Part shown: positions 60,279-64,000 of the stretch, piece by piece
How positions within the stretch are numbered: the first letter of the stretch is position 1
Layout of the letters: each line of letters starts with the position of its first letter
Assembly (NCBI GenBank): GCA_052327205.1
Contig: CM126209.1
Location: 45,570,001 to 45,634,000 of the forward strand
Direction of reading: 5' to 3'
Length of the DNA: 64,000 bases
Source of the DNA: Somniosus microcephalus
Lineage: Eukaryota
Position numbers and translations under genes: made by a program
The notes under the pieces: model-generated
Seen by the model: the letters and a program-made list of their open reading frames with translations, nothing else
Told to the model about the DNA's origin: nothing
The model's database searches: none

Positions 60279-61173
60279 GTAAGTACTGAGAAGGAGCTAC
60301 ACTGATAGGAGTTATTTTGTTTTTCATAACAGCCAGACTATTCAATAGCACTGATTCTTACGACAAGGTGTGGAGAAGAACTTTTGCTGAAGTATTTTAA
60401 TACCTAAATAGTTTTGTGTTTTAGATTTTAGTTTAGGTTGAAAACAATATTGGAAGCTATTCAGCTAATGCCATCTTGGATCACAGCCTTCTGGCTCAGC
60501 TTAGTCAATTTAACCTTGGTGATCCCCAAGCCCACATTACTGGCCAATAGCAATGCCTGGTTTAAAAAATTGCATTACTAATGACATACCCTCATCACAT
60601 CTATTTTCACTGCCTTCTGTAATTGCAGCACACAATCTCAATGTGAGTGATTCAATAGTTGGAAGGTAACCTTGACCGCCAGAATATCCAAACCAGTTTA
60701 TGACTTTGCACAGACTCACCTCAGAGTCATGCTTGATCAGGCATTGTACCCCCAGGCCAGACAGGAAATTAAGTGTAAGCATGAAGCATTGGTAAGATAA
60801 ATTCCTTAAAAATGCATCAGTCAAGTCACATTCGACATTTGCTCACATAGTTGACAGAACTGGTAAAGGCATTAAGGTCTAACACAACGTCAACCACAGG
60901 TTTACCCAATTGTCAGACTGCTCTACATGTTTTCAGTTTTCAGCAGTGACCCAGCAACCAAAGTGTCTAGGTCCCGAACCAGCACCCAAGTGATTACATC
61001 ACATTTACTGAGGCGGTCTTGAGCACACTCTAAGTCAGAGGTGGCTCTCACACTTGCTCATCAAAGCCAGCATTTATTGAAATAGTAGAAGAACAAAGCT
61101 TCAGCGCAGGAAATCCTTTTAAAAGATTTATTAAGGATTTGTTCAATTTAATATCCTCGGCCATCAAGATTTG

Positions 61174-62748
61174 GGGGGAGAAATTCGATTGTTAACGCCA
61201 CCGATTAACGCCTAAAGAGGCCAAGAAGTGGGGCGCTAGCCAATTTCCGGGCGGGCGCAAGGCGCCTAGCGCCTTGCCCCATATTCAGCATACATTTAGC
61301 GCCGGCGCTAAATCTTAGCGCCGGCTCATGGGTGCAGGTTGATTATGACATCATTTGAGTGTGCAACGCCTTTTGGGCGCCCCGGACCGGAAATTCAGTG
61401 GCTCCCCTCTCCGTAGCGCCTGGCGCTAATAGTGACAGCTTACCTGGACCTTACCAAGTTGCTCTCGGGCTGGAGGAGCGTTATTTAAAGGGGACTGGTG
61501 TGGTTTAAAAGCGGCAGCCATTTTTGGAGCACAACTTCCTCGAGAGCTACAAAAAGTTGCTGAGCTGCACACTGAGAGCCATTTGACCACTGAGCCAGTG
61601 CAGGCAGACGATCTTCAGACTTCTGACCATCACCTTGCTGTTGGTGAGCCTTGACAATGGGGAACCTTCCTGTGGGCACTTATTATGGGGGCTGCATTGG
61701 AGGGGAACGTCCTGCTGCTGAATCATCTGGAAAGGGCACTGAGACGCTGGGAGAGGGGGGCGGGCATGGCCAGACGGAGGAGGGCCAACAGACGTCGCCA
61801 CAGCAGACCTTACGCTGGCAGGGTTTTCCGACAGCAGTTTTCCTACATGAACATGCCGGAGGAGCAGCGTGTCAGAAGGCTGCGATTTAGAAAGGAGGTG
61901 GTGACTGAGCTGTGCCAGCTGCTTCAGCCAGATCTGCAGCCTCAGATAAGGTGCAGGACATCTCGAAGATGCCTGCTGGCCTGAACTTCTACGCGAGCAG
62001 CTCTTCTCAGGCTGCGCGTCAGAGGCTGATCAGAAGTAGCTTCTAGGCCCCTCTCACGGAATGCTTGCTGCCATTCCAAGAACAGGAATGGAACCGGTCT
62101 GATACCCCCAAGCCTGTGAAGGGCAAGATGCATGTAAATAGCAGGCATGGCCATTGTAAATGAAGAAAGTGTTTCATTAAACAAAATGTGGTTCCTTCAA
62201 ACATGAGAAAGCTATGGCAACAGAAAGCAAAACTAATACACTGACACATAACTGCCTCTCACACCCGGGAGACTGTCCAAAACATAAATCACATTCCGAC
62301 CATCTTCCTTGGCCTTGATTCCACTGCGCCAACCAAAGCATCCAATGCCCCATCAGTGAGTCGTTCCGCCTTCTGCCTCACCCTTTCCATGTCTTGCTAG
62401 GCTGGTGCGCCACAGGTAGGCTCCCACCGCTTTGAAGGCCTACAAGGCAGTGAGTGTGTCTGGTGATGCCAATTGACCTGCCCCTTTAAGAGCTGGCCGG
62501 CGCCACTGTGTCTCGGGGAAAGTGATTATTGACAGCACCCTCGCTGCACCCCACCGCTGCGAAATTGGGTTGCGCCGCCGGGTTAGCGCCTTAAGAGTAG
62601 CGTGCAGCGCCTGATTTAGCGCCGCAATCACCTTTAGGGGCGCTGCAACCCAATATCGCACCAAGTGGCGCTAAATCGCAACTGGCGCTAGGCTTTGCGC
62701 TTCGCCAGAACTAGCGCCCCAAACGGGGCCATACCCAATTTCTCCCCC
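61174..62748. mobile_element. Internally deleted PIF/Harbinger transposon with transposase and Myb/SANT-like ORF remnants
   Basis: TIR GGGGGAGAAATT ... AATTTCTCCCCC; TSD TTG. + strand RVFRQQFSYMNMPEEQRVRRLRFRKEVVTELCQLLQPDLQP and LNFYASSSSQAA resemble a HARBI1-like N-terminus; - strand 62390-62289 reads MERVRQKAERLTDGALDALVGAVESR. Confidence 0.85.
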
Positions 62749-63570
62749 TTGGTCTCACAATACAGCCAACTTCACAAAGTCAGTGAAGCTGGTGTTGGAT
62801 CAGGAAGGATCATCAGCCAAGCCTTTGACTTTGGTTCCGGTGCAGCGCTCAATCGACACAAGAGCATATCCAGAGTCGTCTAACTCAAGGAGTGTCAGTG
62901 ATCTTTCAAGTCTCCTGAAACATTCTTGAAAGGAACATGAGTAGGCCATTCAACCCTCGAGCCTACTCCACCATTCATGGCTGATCTGTACCTCAATTAT
63001 ACCTACTCACCTTAGCTCCATATCCTTGATACCTTTACCTAACACAAATCTATTGATTTTAATCTTGAAAGCTCCAATTGTCCCAGCATCCACAGCCTTC
63101 TGGGGGAGAGAATTCCAAATTTCTACTACCTGTTGTATGAAAAAATGCATCATAGACCAGGGCCTCCAACGCTACATCTGAGAACCTGGGTGCTCTTTCT
63201 GTACCTCTTCCAACTAATTTAGCCCCTTTACAATGCTTCCCTGCTGTGTGCAGCCTGTGTACACCTCCCCTTTAAGAGGTGCTGGCTGAGTTTAAGTAGT
63301 GTCAATGAAGCCCAATTTTTTGCCTCCCACAAACAGGTGCACAGCCAATAAGCTGAGCTGGTAGCAATGGCTGCAGGCCTGACTCATTATAATGAGATCT
63401 CTGTATGAATTTCACATTGTTGTTGTGCCCACATGAACAAGAGTGTGCAGTGCTCGCCCATTTTCAGGTGCGATCAAATTTCTAGGCCATCGTGTCCAAT
63501 CAATGCAGAATGGCATTCAACAAAGTCAATAGAATGTTGAACTACAAAGCTAAAACAACAGCATACAAGT

Positions 63571-63624
63571 AGGCTGCATAGTGCTCTGGTCAGACTGAGG
63601 CTGCATAGTGCTCTGGTCAGACTG
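63571..63624. repeat. Perfect 27-bp tandem duplication inside a degraded CR1 fragment (~63530-64000)
   Basis: aggctgcatagtgctctggtcagactg occurs twice in tandem. Confidence 0.9.
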
Positions 63625-64000
63625 CACCTTGAATATTGTGCTTAGTTCTCGTAACCAAGACATAAGGGATTCATTCAAGTGCTAGAGTCACAAGGCTGAT
63701 CCATAATGGCAAACATCTGAGTTATGAGGAAAGACGGGAGAGACTTTGGCTTTTCAGCTTGGAAAGGAAGCATCTAAAAGGTGACAGTATAGAGGTAGTT
63801 AAAGAATTGGAAAAGGGAGATCCTGAATATTACTTTAAATTAAATTCGCAAGAGTAGGACGAGGGGGACGCAGAGTTCAAACTAGTAAAAGGTAAATTTA
63901 GGACTGATGTCAGGAATTTTTCTTTACACTGTGATCATTGTATATAACAGACTTCCAGGTAGAGTAGTAGAGGCAACAACTCTGGTATTTATTCATAAAC

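Noticed and set aside
61685-61984. HARBI1-like host gene
   Set aside because: Short truncated stub inside TIRs with a TSD; it is a transposon remnant rather than the domesticated gene.

Overview
Vertebrate genomic DNA; the repeat families look chondrichthyan (shark-like), which is an inference. The window carries six consecutive + strand coding exons from the 3' half of DOCK1 (DOCK180): the end of the DHR-2 GEF domain and the start of the Ser/Pro-rich tail. All six join in frame through GT-AG introns. The introns are packed with transposable elements: a full-length 4.6 kb Gypsy LTR retrotransposon (200-bp LTRs, PBS, PPT, ATAT TSD), several PIF/Harbinger MITEs plus an internally deleted Harbinger, hAT and Tc1/pogo MITEs, CR1/L2/RTE LINE fragments, a tRNA-derived SINE, and Penelope-type termini with minimal hammerhead-ribozyme motifs. 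The most unusual structure is a ~17.5 kb head-to-tail dimer of non-autonomous Helitron-like elements (14968-32476, exact CTAG|TC junction). Each monomer carries a promoter-like module (two CCAAT pairs spaced 32 bp, GC boxes, a splice-donor-like site and a YY1 site), a different cargo segment, and a multi-kb ~21-bp C-rich minisatellite. On the DOCK1 sense strand most minisatellite units read as a polypyrimidine tract + CAG, i.e. a 3' splice-site mimic. The giant ORFs in the ORF track are artefacts of that minisatellite. There are two assembly gaps (24412-24911, 53240-53437).
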